NCBI GenBank assembly: GCA_045863395.1
Contig: BTVJ01000031.1
Span: 1 to 64,000 of the forward strand
Origin: Myxococcales bacterium
Lineage (GTDB): Bacteria > Myxococcota_A > UBA9042 > JABWCM01 > BTVJ01
Direction: 5' to 3'
DNA: 64,000 bases
Below the pieces are notes generated by a model. That model was not told the origin of the DNA. It was given only the letters and a program-made list of their open reading frames with translations, and made no database searches. Both the position numbers and the translations under genes were made by a program. Shown here piece after piece: positions 18,401 to 27,800 of the stretch; the first letter of the stretch is position 1, and every line of letters begins with the position of its first letter.

Positions 18401-20842
18401 TCGAACACCTACGGCATCAGCATCAGCGGCAACGCAGCGACGGCCACCACGGCCACCAACGCCACGAACGCGACCACGGCCACCAACGCCACGAACTTCA
18501 CGGGCGCCCTGAACGGTGACGTGACGGGCACCCAGGGCGCTACGACGGTCGCCCGCATCCGGGGGCGCAACGTGGCCACGACCGCGCCGACGAACGGGCA
18601 GGTCCTGAAGTACAACACCGGGACCTCTGCGTGGGAGCCTGCGGCGGACAACGCGGGTGCCGGCGGCACGGTGACCACGGTCAACACGGGGGCGGGTCTC
18701 CAGGGCGGGCCGATCTCGACGACGGGCACCATCGACCTGCGTCTCAACGCGAGCGGCGGCCTTGCGAGCAACCTGGGAACGGGCACCAACGAGCTGGGCA
18801 TCAAGGCGGGCGGGGTCGTGCCCTCCATGGTCGCGTCGGGCAGCTACGGCATCAACATCACGGGGAGCGCGGCGTCGGCCACGACGGCGACCTCGGCGAC
18901 GACGGCGACCACCGCGACCAACTTCTCGGGCTCCCTGAACGGGGACGTGGCGGGAACTCAGGGCGCGACGGTCGTGCAGAAGATCCGGGGCGTGACGGTG
19001 GCGACCACCGCTCCGACCACGAACCAGGTGCTGAAGTACAACGGCACGCAGTGGGCACCGGCCGCGGACGCAACCTCCGCGGGGGTCACGGCTGTGACGG
19101 CGTCCAGCCCACTGGCGTCTTCTGGCGGAGCGACCCCGAACATCACGCTCGGCACCGTCCCCATCGCCAACGGCGGTACGGGGATCACCACGGCGCCGTC
19201 CGCCGCGGGTCAGTTCCTCCGGAGCACCGGAGCCGGCGCGTGGGGCGTCTCCGCCCTGGCCGGGGGCGACCTCCCCGGCGGAAGCGGCAGCTACATCCAA
19301 AACACCACGACCCAGCAGTCGGCCAACTACAACATCTCCGGGAGCGGCACGGTGGGAGGCAACCACACGGTCGCTGGAATCGGACAGGCCAATGGCAGCT
19401 ACCGGGCGCCAATCTTCTACGACACGAACAACACCGGCTACTACATCGACCCGGCGAGCAGCTCCCAGGTGAGCACCATCTACGCGAACGCATGGTTCCG
19501 CGCTCAGGGGCAGACCGGCTTCTACTTCCAGGACTACGGCGGTGGCTGGTACATGACCGACACCACCTGGATCCGGGCCTACGGCAGCAAACCCGTCCTG
19601 GCGGACGCCGAGATTCGGAGCGGCAGCAACGTGCGCGCGCCCATCTTCTACGACCTGAACGACGGTGGGTACTACATGGACCCGAACAGCTACTCGCAGG
19701 TCAGCTCCATCTACGCCAACAACTGGTTCCGCGCCCAGGGCACGAGCGGCTTCTACTTCGAGACCTACGGCGGCGGCTTCCAGATGCTGGACTCGACCTG
19801 GGTGCGGGTCTACAACGGCAAGGCGCTGCTCGCCAGCAACGAGATTCGGAGCGAGAGCAACGTCCGGGCGCCCATCTTCTACGACCTGAACGACGGCGGC
19901 TACTACGCGGACCCCAACGGGACGAGCCGCCTCAACGCCGTCTACCCGAACACGATCACCTGCATGAACGGCTACTGCCCGGCCAACAACGTGGCGCGCC
20001 TCACGCCGAACCTGCACCTCAACTCCCTGGCGGGCTACAGCGTGATCCTCAACTGGGACAACGGGACGACCGGCTCAGCCCAGACGCTGCGGATCGGCAA
20101 CGGCGCGGGTGGCGACGTGTTCTATGTGCGCGCCGACGGTCTCGCCTACGGCGTCCAGTACCGCGACATCAACGACGGCAGCTACTACCTGGACCCGAAC
20201 AGCGTGTCGCAGCTCCGCTACGTGCTCGCCAACGACTGGTTCCGCCCGCAGGGCACGACGGGCCTCTACTTCCAGGACTACGGCGGCGGCTGGCACATGA
20301 CGGACACGACGTGGGTGCGAGTCTACAACGGAAAGAACGTCTATGCGGCTGGAGCAATAATTCGGACAGATGGCGACATGCGCTCGCCCATCTACTATGA
20401 CCAGAATGACACGGGCTTCTACATGGACCCCAACGGCACGAGCCGCATCAACGCCATGCGCGTCGATGGTCGAGTCTACTACGATGGCGGATGCCCGGCT
20501 CCCTTTACCTCCAACGGCGGCTATTACACCTACGCCGGATACGGCAACAAGCTGTGCATGTGGAAGTGGGGCTATAGCAACTACCAGGAGATGCAGGGAG
20601 TGTGCTTCGCCCTCGGCGGACACATCTGCTCCTACGGAGAGATCTACAAGATGTCGCAGTCCTACGGGACGACGCCGTCCGGCATCGGCTTCGTCAACGG
20701 CGACTGGATCGGCAACCGGGTCAACGACGACAACGCGTACTACGTCAACAACGCGGGCAACCTTGGCAACTTCGAGGGTCACGCCAACAAGAACGACAAC
20801 CGCTACGCTGCCTGCTGCTATGGCTCCAGCATGATCGACTGA
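15470..20842 (+). CDS. Secreted phage-tail-fibre-like adhesin (MAT-like), 1790 aa: N-terminal domain, 7+ shaft repeats, PilV-like repeats, C-type-lectin-like tip
   Basis: Sec signal peptide; N-domain QG...GGSALW...GVFDV...WLETQV...PRQPLRAVAYAL. Shaft repeats contain GDVTGTQG, GQVLKYN..WEP and GTVTSVxTGxGLxGGPIT. These are followed by YGGGWYMTDTTWIR modules and a Cys-containing tip. Confidence 0.8.
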   Translation: MKARWLVAAASALLLGTTTASAVDLDRNMGVQGMMMTSGGTPANGTFNMVVRLYSAQSGGSALWSQNLTGVTVAGGVFDVTIGPVPANVLDAWSMLWLETQVEATTLPRQPLRAVAYALVAQRANDIACSGCVDTADLADGSVTPAKLGSGSYGINISGNAATATTATTAVTATAFSGSLAGDVTGTQGSTTVGRIRGRNVSTTAPTAGQILKYNAGNSTWEPADDSAGTGTVTSVATGTGLAGGPITSSGTIDLRLASAGGLSKTINSNELGIAAGGIAPSMVSSGTYGISVSGNAATATSATSFTGPLAGDVTGTQGATIVSRILGRTLSTTAPLGGQVLKYNAGNAQWEPSNDSTGTGTVTSVDTGAGLSGGPVTSSGTIDLRLATGGGLVKNLGAGTNELGIGAGAITPAMVGSGTFSINVSGNAATATTATTATNFSGSLAGDVTGTQGSTTVGRLRGRNVASTAPTNGQVLKYNATTSQWEPQADDSGAGGSVQSVNTGAGLSGGPITSTGTVDLNLATSGGLSKALGSGSQLGIAAGGIVPSMLSSGSYGINISGNAATATSATSATTATTATNFSGSLTGDVTGTQGATSVQKIKGIPVSGTPAGGQVLKYNSGTGVWEPGNDVAGANGTVTTVNTGAGLQGGPITASGTIDLRLNASGGLVKNLGAGNELGIGAAAVQPSMLAAGTYGISISGNAATATTASSATTATTATNATNFTGTLNGDVTGTQGSTTVGRIRGRTVSTTAPTSGQVLKFNTTSNQWEPAADSSNAGTVTSVNTGAGLLGGPITGSGTVDLNLFASGGLASNLGTGSVQLGIKAGGIVPSMVSAGSYGINITGSAATATSATSATTATTATNFTGSLVGDVTGTQGATSVQKIKGVPVSGAPSTTGQVLKYNAGTGVWEPGTDNAGSGGTVTTVNTGAGLQGGPISTTGTIDLRLNASGGLVKNLGAGNELGIGANAIVPSMVSSNTYGISISGNAATATTATNATNATTATNATNFTGALNGDVTGTQGATTVARIRGRNVATTAPTNGQVLKYNTGTSAWEPAADNAGAGGTVTTVNTGAGLQGGPISTTGTIDLRLNASGGLASNLGTGTNELGIKAGGVVPSMVASGSYGINITGSAASATTATSATTATTATNFSGSLNGDVAGTQGATVVQKIRGVTVATTAPTTNQVLKYNGTQWAPAADATSAGVTAVTASSPLASSGGATPNITLGTVPIANGGTGITTAPSAAGQFLRSTGAGAWGVSALAGGDLPGGSGSYIQNTTTQQSANYNISGSGTVGGNHTVAGIGQANGSYRAPIFYDTNNTGYYIDPASSSQVSTIYANAWFRAQGQTGFYFQDYGGGWYMTDTTWIRAYGSKPVLADAEIRSGSNVRAPIFYDLNDGGYYMDPNSYSQVSSIYANNWFRAQGTSGFYFETYGGGFQMLDSTWVRVYNGKALLASNEIRSESNVRAPIFYDLNDGGYYADPNGTSRLNAVYPNTITCMNGYCPANNVARLTPNLHLNSLAGYSVILNWDNGTTGSAQTLRIGNGAGGDVFYVRADGLAYGVQYRDINDGSYYLDPNSVSQLRYVLANDWFRPQGTTGLYFQDYGGGWHMTDTTWVRVYNGKNVYAAGAIIRTDGDMRSPIYYDQNDTGFYMDPNGTSRINAMRVDGRVYYDGGCPAPFTSNGGYYTYAGYGNKLCMWKWGYSNYQEMQGVCFALGGHICSYGEIYKMSQSYGTTPSGIGFVNGDWIGNRVNDDNAYYVNNAGNLGNFEGHANKNDNRYAACCYGSSMID
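16013..19080 (+). repeat. Tandem ~130-145-aa coding repeats: 7 full units and 1 partial
   Basis: GDVxGTQG recurs at about 16013, 16403, 16808, 17231, 17660, 18083, 18515 and 18941. Confidence 0.9.
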
Positions 20843-20849
20843 GGTGCCT

Positions 20850-21818
20850 GTGTCCCCACGCACGGCTCAGATTGTCCGCACCTCCCTGCTCCTCCTCGGC
20901 GCCCTGGGAGCCGGATGGCTCGGCTCCCGCCTCGGCGGGGGCGGTTCGCAGTCCTCCCCGGTCGTTCAGGGTGAGACTGCAGCACAGACAGAGCACGCGA
21001 GACCTCGGGACCTTGGTCCGAGCATGGCGCCCGTAGGACTCCCTGCCGGCAGCCGCAAGGTGATGGCCAGAGAGATCGCCGTCGCCCCGAGCCAGGCAGA
21101 GCTACTCGAGGGCACGCGCTCCTCGGAGGAACGGGCTCGCCGCGCACGGGCGCTCCTGCGCTCCCTCGACGCGCTGGACCGGACCGAAGGGCTGCACCTC
21201 CTGCACGAGGAAGATCCTGCGCAAGCCATCGACGTCGCGCGCTCGCTGCTCCGCGAGCGGGACGTCGACCTGGCCAGCCCCGCCGCTCGGGTCCTGGCCA
21301 TGAACAAGGTCATGGGCGCAGAGGACTATGAGGCGCTCGGGAGCATCATGAAGGACGGAAGCCTGAGCCCGGAGGCCCGGACTGCGGCGACCGGAGCCCT
21401 GATGAGCGCTCAGCGCATGGCCGACAGCGGCGACATCGGCCGCTGGTACGACGCTGCCCTCGAGAGCGACGTCGGCTGGGTGCGTGGGAGCGCCGTCGCG
21501 AATGTCGCGCAGCTCCCGACGGAGCAGGCAGTTCCACTGCTCGCAAAGGCCCTCAAGGACCCCGACCCTCAGGTGGCCAAGGGCGCCCTGATGGCGCTCG
21601 TGCACGGACACGGCGGGGAGGAGTCGGTCGGCACGGATCCCGCCGCGTGGCAGGCGTGGCTCGCCGAGCGCAAGGCCGCCGCGGAGAAGAAGGCGGCAGA
21701 CGACTACGCCATGCAGAACCCGAAGATCGATCGCCCTGCCGAGGCGACCATCCCCACAGACGACTTCGCGCCCACCCCCGACGCGCCAATAGTCCCCGAC
21801 GGCCCCGCCAAGGAGTAG
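20850..21818 (+). CDS. Membrane-anchored HEAT/PBS-lyase-repeat protein
   Basis: N-terminal hydrophobic anchor; VRGSAVANVAQL..EQAVPLLAKALKDPDPQVAKGALMAL...GTDPAAWQAW. GTG at 20850 follows GAGGT; alternative start at 20844. Confidence 0.75.
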   Translation: MSPRTAQIVRTSLLLLGALGAGWLGSRLGGGGSQSSPVVQGETAAQTEHARPRDLGPSMAPVGLPAGSRKVMAREIAVAPSQAELLEGTRSSEERARRARALLRSLDALDRTEGLHLLHEEDPAQAIDVARSLLRERDVDLASPAARVLAMNKVMGAEDYEALGSIMKDGSLSPEARTAATGALMSAQRMADSGDIGRWYDAALESDVGWVRGSAVANVAQLPTEQAVPLLAKALKDPDPQVAKGALMALVHGHGGEESVGTDPAAWQAWLAERKAAAEKKAADDYAMQNPKIDRPAEATIPTDDFAPTPDAPIVPDGPAKE

Positions 21819-21821
21819 CTG

Positions 21822-24800
21822 ATGACGCGCCGATCCTTGGAGCGCCTCGGCGCCGCAGTGCTCGCGGCCTGCCTGGTGACGGCGTGCCCGGACGCGACCC
21901 TGGCTCCTCCACCAGGTTCCACGGATGCCACCGCCGAGGACGCGCTGAATGACGCGACCGACTCTGGGACCGCGATGGACGACGGCGCGATTCAGGATGC
22001 GACGGGCGACGTATGGGACGTCGCCGTGGACGCGGCGACCGACGCTCCGAGCAAGCCCGACGGGATCACGGACGCAGGGACCGACGCTGCCGATGCCGCG
22101 GACGCCGCGGCGGATGCCCAGGACGTACCGAGCCTCAGCGACGCGGCAGACGGTGACGCCGCAGATCCCACGGACGCAGGAGACGTCTCCCCGCATCCCG
22201 ACGCGGACGATGTGCCGGACGTGCCCGAGCCCCTCGACTCGGGTGGCCCCCCCGACGCGGACGACGACACAGGGACCGACGGAGGCCCCGCCGATACGGG
22301 TCCCGCCGACGCAGAGCCGGACGCCGGCCCCTGCACCCTCGCCGCCCACTGCAGCGACGGGGATCCATGCACCGTCGATGACTGCGACGAGGGCACCTGC
22401 ATCGCGACGCCCAAGATCTGCGACGACGACAACCCGTGCACCGATGACTACTGCAGCCCCCTGTCGGGCAACTGCCTCGCCCAGGCGGTCACGTGCAACG
22501 ACGGAGACGCCTGCACCGACGACCTGTGCGTCCCGGGGCTCGGATGCATCACGTTCGTGAAGCCCTGTGACGACGGCAACGCCTGCACCCTCGACGACTG
22601 CTCGCCGCTCACCGGGTGCGCCCACGTCCCCGACCCCTGCGACGACGGCGACCTGTGCACGGCGGACGCCTGCGACCCGGCGTCTGGCTGCGACCACGCC
22701 GGAAAGGCCTGCGACGGAGGCAAGTGCTTCGTCGGGACCTGTGACGCCCTGACCGGCGGGTGCTCACAGGAGCCCCGCGACTGTGATGACGGCGAGCCAT
22801 GCACGGGGGACGGCTGCGATCCCGTCTCCGGGTGCGTGCACACCGGTTTCTCCTGCATGGACACGAACCCGTGCGTGTTCTCGTGGTGCGACGGCGCCGC
22901 GGGCGGCTGCGTCCAGACCCCGGTGGAGTGCGGCGACGGGGGCCCCTGCATCGCGCTGGAGTGCAGTCCATCGCAGGGCGGCTGCGTGTCGGTGCCCGTC
23001 ACCTGCGCCGACGGCGATCCGTGCACGACGGACGCCTGTGGCAGCTCCGGTTGCGTCCACGTCGCGAAGCCCGGCTGCGCGGGGTGCGCCGGCGACGGGG
23101 ACTGCGACGACGGCAACGCGTGCACGGTGGAGTCCTGCACCGCCGGGACGTGCAAGGTCGACGGCATCGGGTGTGACGACGGCGATGCCTGCACGACGGA
23201 CTCGTGCTCCAAGGCCCTGGGCTGCCTCCACGTGCCGACGGCCTGCGGCGACGGCAACCCCTGCACGGTCGACTCCTGCGACCCGGCGACGGGAGGGTGC
23301 CTCCACCCCGAGCTGCCCTGCGACGACGGCGACTCCTGCACCCTCGACGGCTGCAACGCCGCGCTGGGCAAGTGCGCCAGCCTCCCCGTGCCCTGCAACG
23401 ACGGCGACCCCTGCACCGCCGACGACTGCGACGCCGCCACGGGCAAGTGCGTCTTCCTGGCTCAGAAGTGCGACGACGGCAACGCCTGCACGACCAGCTA
23501 CTGCCACCCCATCACGGGCTCCTGCCAGCACGACGGCACGGTCTGCGACGACGGCAACCCCTGCACGACGGACAAGTGTGACGGAGCCACTGGCCAGTGT
23601 ACGTTCACCGCGCCGCAGTGCAGCGACGGCGACCCGTGTACCGACGACCTGTGCAACGCGGTGACGGGGGCCTGCGTGTGGCTGCCGTCCAAGTGCGACG
23701 ATGGCTCCAAGTGCACGACCGATACCTGCATCGCGGGCGTGGGGTGCGCGCAGACTCCCGTCGACTGTAGCGACGGCGACCCCTGCACGAGCGACGACTG
23801 CGAGCCCATCCAGGGCTCCTGCGTGAACCTGACGGGCAAGTGCGACGACGGGGACGCGTGTACGATCGACTCCTGTCACCCCACGACCGGCGCCTGCACC
23901 AACGCCACCGTCGACTGCGGGGACGGCAACCCGTGCACCGACGACACGTGCGACCCGGCGATGGGCTGCGCGTCGGTGGCGTCTGCGTGCGACGACGGCG
24001 ACGCCTGCACGGACAACGTCTGCACACTGCCGTCCGGGTGCTCCAACCCGCCGGTCTCGTGCAGCGACGGCGACGCCTGCACCTTGGACACGTGCGACGC
24101 AGCAGCCGGCTGCGACCACGTCGCGGTAGCCTGTGACGACGGCGAGCCCTGCACCATCGACCTGTGCAACCCCGCCGACGGGCAGTGCGTGTACCCACCC
24201 GACGACTGCGACGACGGCAATGAGTGCACGACGGACCTGTGCATCGACGGGGCCGGGTGCGAGAACGCTCCCAAGGCGTGCGACGACGGGGAGGTCTGCA
24301 CCACCGACACCTGCGACCCGCTCACCGGGGCGTGCGCATCCGCGCCCACGGACTGCACCGACGGCAACGCCTGCACCGTCGACTTCTGCGACCAGGGCAG
24401 CGGCGCCTGCGCCAACGCGCCCGTGGTATGCGACGACGGCAACCCGTGTACCGACGAGACCTGCGATCCCGCCTTCGGCTGCACATCGGCTCCTGCCGCA
24501 TGCGACGACGGGGATGCCTGCACCCAGAACCTGTGCGCCCTCCCAGGCGGCTGCTTCCACCCGCCCACGGTCTGTACGGACGCCGACGCCTGCACCATCG
24601 ACACGTGCGATCCGACGACCGGGTGCGCCCACGCCCCTGTGCAATGCGACGACGGCGATGTGTGCACGGCCGACCTCTGCAACTCCGCGGATGGGTCCTG
24701 TACCTTCCCGCCCGAGGACTGCGACGACGACGATCAGTGCACCGTGGACGCCTGCGCCGCCGGCGTCGGGTGCGTCAATGCACCCAAGACCTGCTCCGAC

Positions 24801-27800
24801 GGGGACCTGTGCACCCTCGACGCCTGCAACCCGCTGGACGGTGCCTGCTCCCACAGCCAGAGCGCCTGCGACGACCTGAGCGCCTGTACGCTTGACTCCT
24901 GCGACCCGGCGTCCGGGGCGTGTTCCTATCTGCCCGTCGACTGTACCGACGGCGACGTGTGCACCGATGACGGGTGTGATACCGCGTCGGGATGCGTCTC
25001 GTCGCCCGCCGCCTGCGACGACGGGGACCCCTGCACGGCCAACGAGTGCTCGCTACCCGGTGGGTGCACCAACCCGCCGCTGGTATGCGGAGACGGCGAC
25101 CCGTGCACGCTGGACACGTGCGACCCGGTCACGGGATGCGTCAACCCGCCCGTTCAGTGCGGCGACGACGAGCCCTGTACGATGGACGTGTGCAACCCGC
25201 TGGACGGACAGTGCATGTACCCCCCAACCGACTGCGACGACGGAGATGAGTGTACGGCCGACGTGTGCAACGATGGCGTGGGGTGCGACAACGTCCCCAA
25301 GGTGTGCGATGACGGGGAGGTGTGCACGACGGACACGTGCGACCCGGTCACGGGGGCGTGCGCGTCGGGGCCGACCGACTGCGACGACTCCAACGCATGC
25401 ACCATGGACTTCTGTGACCTTGGAACCGGTGTCTGCGCGAACGTGGCAGTGAGCTGCGCCGACGGAGATCCGTGTACCGACGATGCGTGCAACCCGGCGA
25501 CGGGGTGCGAGTCCAAGCCCGCCGCGTGCGACGACGGCAACGCCTGCACGCAGAACCTGTGCGCCCTGCCCGGTGGCTGCACCAACCCGCCGGTGGTCTG
25601 CGCGGACACCGACCTCTGCACGCTGGACACCTGTGACCCGGCGACGGGGTGCAAGCATGCCACCGTCGACTGCGACGACGGAGAGATCTGTACGGCGGAC
25701 GTGTGCAACCCAGCCACGGGGGCGTGTCTGCACCCGGACGCGAACTGCGACGACGAGAACGAGTGCACCCTCGACTCCTGCACTCCGGGGGTCGGCTGCA
25801 AGCATACGGCCAAGGACTGTGGCGACGGGCAGGTCTGCACGACCGACACCTGTGACCCCCTCACGGGGGCCTGCGTCTCCAAACCCACGGACTGCAACGA
25901 CGGCAACGCCTGCACCGCGGACTTCTGCGACCTGGGCACTGGGCAGTGCGCCTATGTGGGGGTGAGCTGCGAGGACGGCAACCCGTGCACGGACAACGCA
26001 TGTGACCCGCTGAGCGGGTGCAAGACCACCCAGAAGAGCTGCACCGACGGCAACGCCTGCACGGTGGACTCCTGCTCCGTACCGGTCGGCTGCGTCAATA
26101 CCGCGATCACGTGCAACGACGGAAACACCTGCACCCTGGACTCCTGCGACCCGTCGACCGGCTGCGTCTTCGCTCAGAAGGACTGCGACGATGGCAACGC
26201 GTGCACCGACGACGCGTGCTCCGGCGGCGACTGCGCCCACGAGGCCGTGGACTGCGAGGACTTCAACTCCTGCACCAGCGACGCCTGTGACCCCCTCGGG
26301 GGTTGCATGCACGTGCCCGTCAGTTGCGGTGGCACCGGCTGTGCCAAGCTCTTCTGCGTACCGGGACTGGGCTGCCAGCCCCCGGTCCTCCCATGCGACG
26401 ACGGCGACGCCTGCACCGCCGACGCCTGCGTGGCCAATGGGTGCGTCCACACCCCGACGAACTGCAACGATGGCGATGTCTGCACCACCGACACCTGCGA
26501 CGCCGTCACGGGCGCCTGCGTAGGCACGACGGTGAAGTGCACGTCGCCGGACGGCTGCCTCGTGGGCAACTGCGAGGGACCGACGACGGGCTGCGTGTTC
26601 GCACCGCTCCAATGCGTGAGCAGCGGACTCTGCGAGGACGCGGAGTGCGTGGGCGGAGCCTGCATCGTCACACCCTTCGACTGCAACGACGACGACCCCT
26701 GCACCACCGACTCCTGCGACCCGGAGACCGGGTGCGCCCACACTCCCGTGCCCGCATGCTCATCGTGCCAGGGCCCCGCCGACTGCCCCGTGCCCGGGCC
26801 GTGTACGTGGTTCTCCTGCGAAGAGGGACAGTGCGTCTCCAACGAGACCCTCTGCGTGGGCGGTGGGCCATGCTCGCCGGGCGCGTGTGACCCGCAAGTC
26901 GGCGCCTGCACATACACCGCAGTGGACTGCGACGACGGCAACGCCTGCACCAACGACGTCTGTGTCGACGATGGAGACTGCGCCCACACCCCGGTGGACT
27001 GCGAGGACAGCGACCCGTGCACCTTCGACGCCTGCGCCGGAGGGGTGTGCACGCACGTCGCCGACCCGGAGTGCGACCTGTGTGAGTCTGACGAGGAGTG
27101 CGCCGACGAGGAGCCCTGCACCAACGACCTGTGCGTCACCGGCCAGTGTGAGCACGTGGCCAAGGATTGCGACGACGGCGACGACTGCACCGGAGACGCC
27201 TGCGGTGCGCTGGGGCAGTGCTTCCACTTCCCGATCCTGGAGGACGGCTGCCAGGGGTGCACGACGGCCGCCCACTGTGCGGACGGAGACCCCTGCACGG
27301 TCGACTCCTGCGCCGACGGGGAGTGCGTCTTCAACCCGAAGAGCTGCGACGACGGAGACTCGTGCACGACGGATTTCTGCGGCCCGTCGGGTGAGTGCGA
27401 GCACTTCCTGGCCATCGACTGCGTGCCGTGCACGACGCCCGGCGACTGCGAGACAGGGGACCCGTGCATCCTGGCGGGGTGCGTGGGGGGGTTCTGCACG
27501 GCGACGCCCAAGAACTGCAGCGACGGCGACCCCTGCACCCTCGACCTCTGCAACGGAGACGGAGACTGCATCCACAATACGGTCCCCGGCTGCCAGAAGT
27601 GCGCCTCTGCGGCGGTCTGCAACGATGACAGCGCCTGTACCGTCGACACGTGCGAGGGAGGCGTGTGCGTATGGACCCAGAAGGTGTGCGACGATGGGGA
27701 TCCCTGTACGGCAGATCTCTGCAACTCTGCGGGTGTCTGTGTCTTCCTTCCGAAGCAGGGCTGCACCCCTTGCGAGTCGGACGCCACCTGCACGGATGGA

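Noticed and set aside
15449..20017. 1522-aa minus-strand ORF
   Set aside because: Antisense shadow of the repetitive fibre gene.
15470..20842. Prophage or tailocin interpretation of the fibre genes
   Set aside because: Both fibres have Sec signal peptides, and no capsid, baseplate, sheath, tube, integrase or lysis genes are in the window.
19400..21000. Active shufflon or complete DGR at the fibre tip
   Set aside because: No recombinase, inverted cassettes, template repeat or reverse transcriptase is visible in the window; kept only as a remote-target hypothesis.
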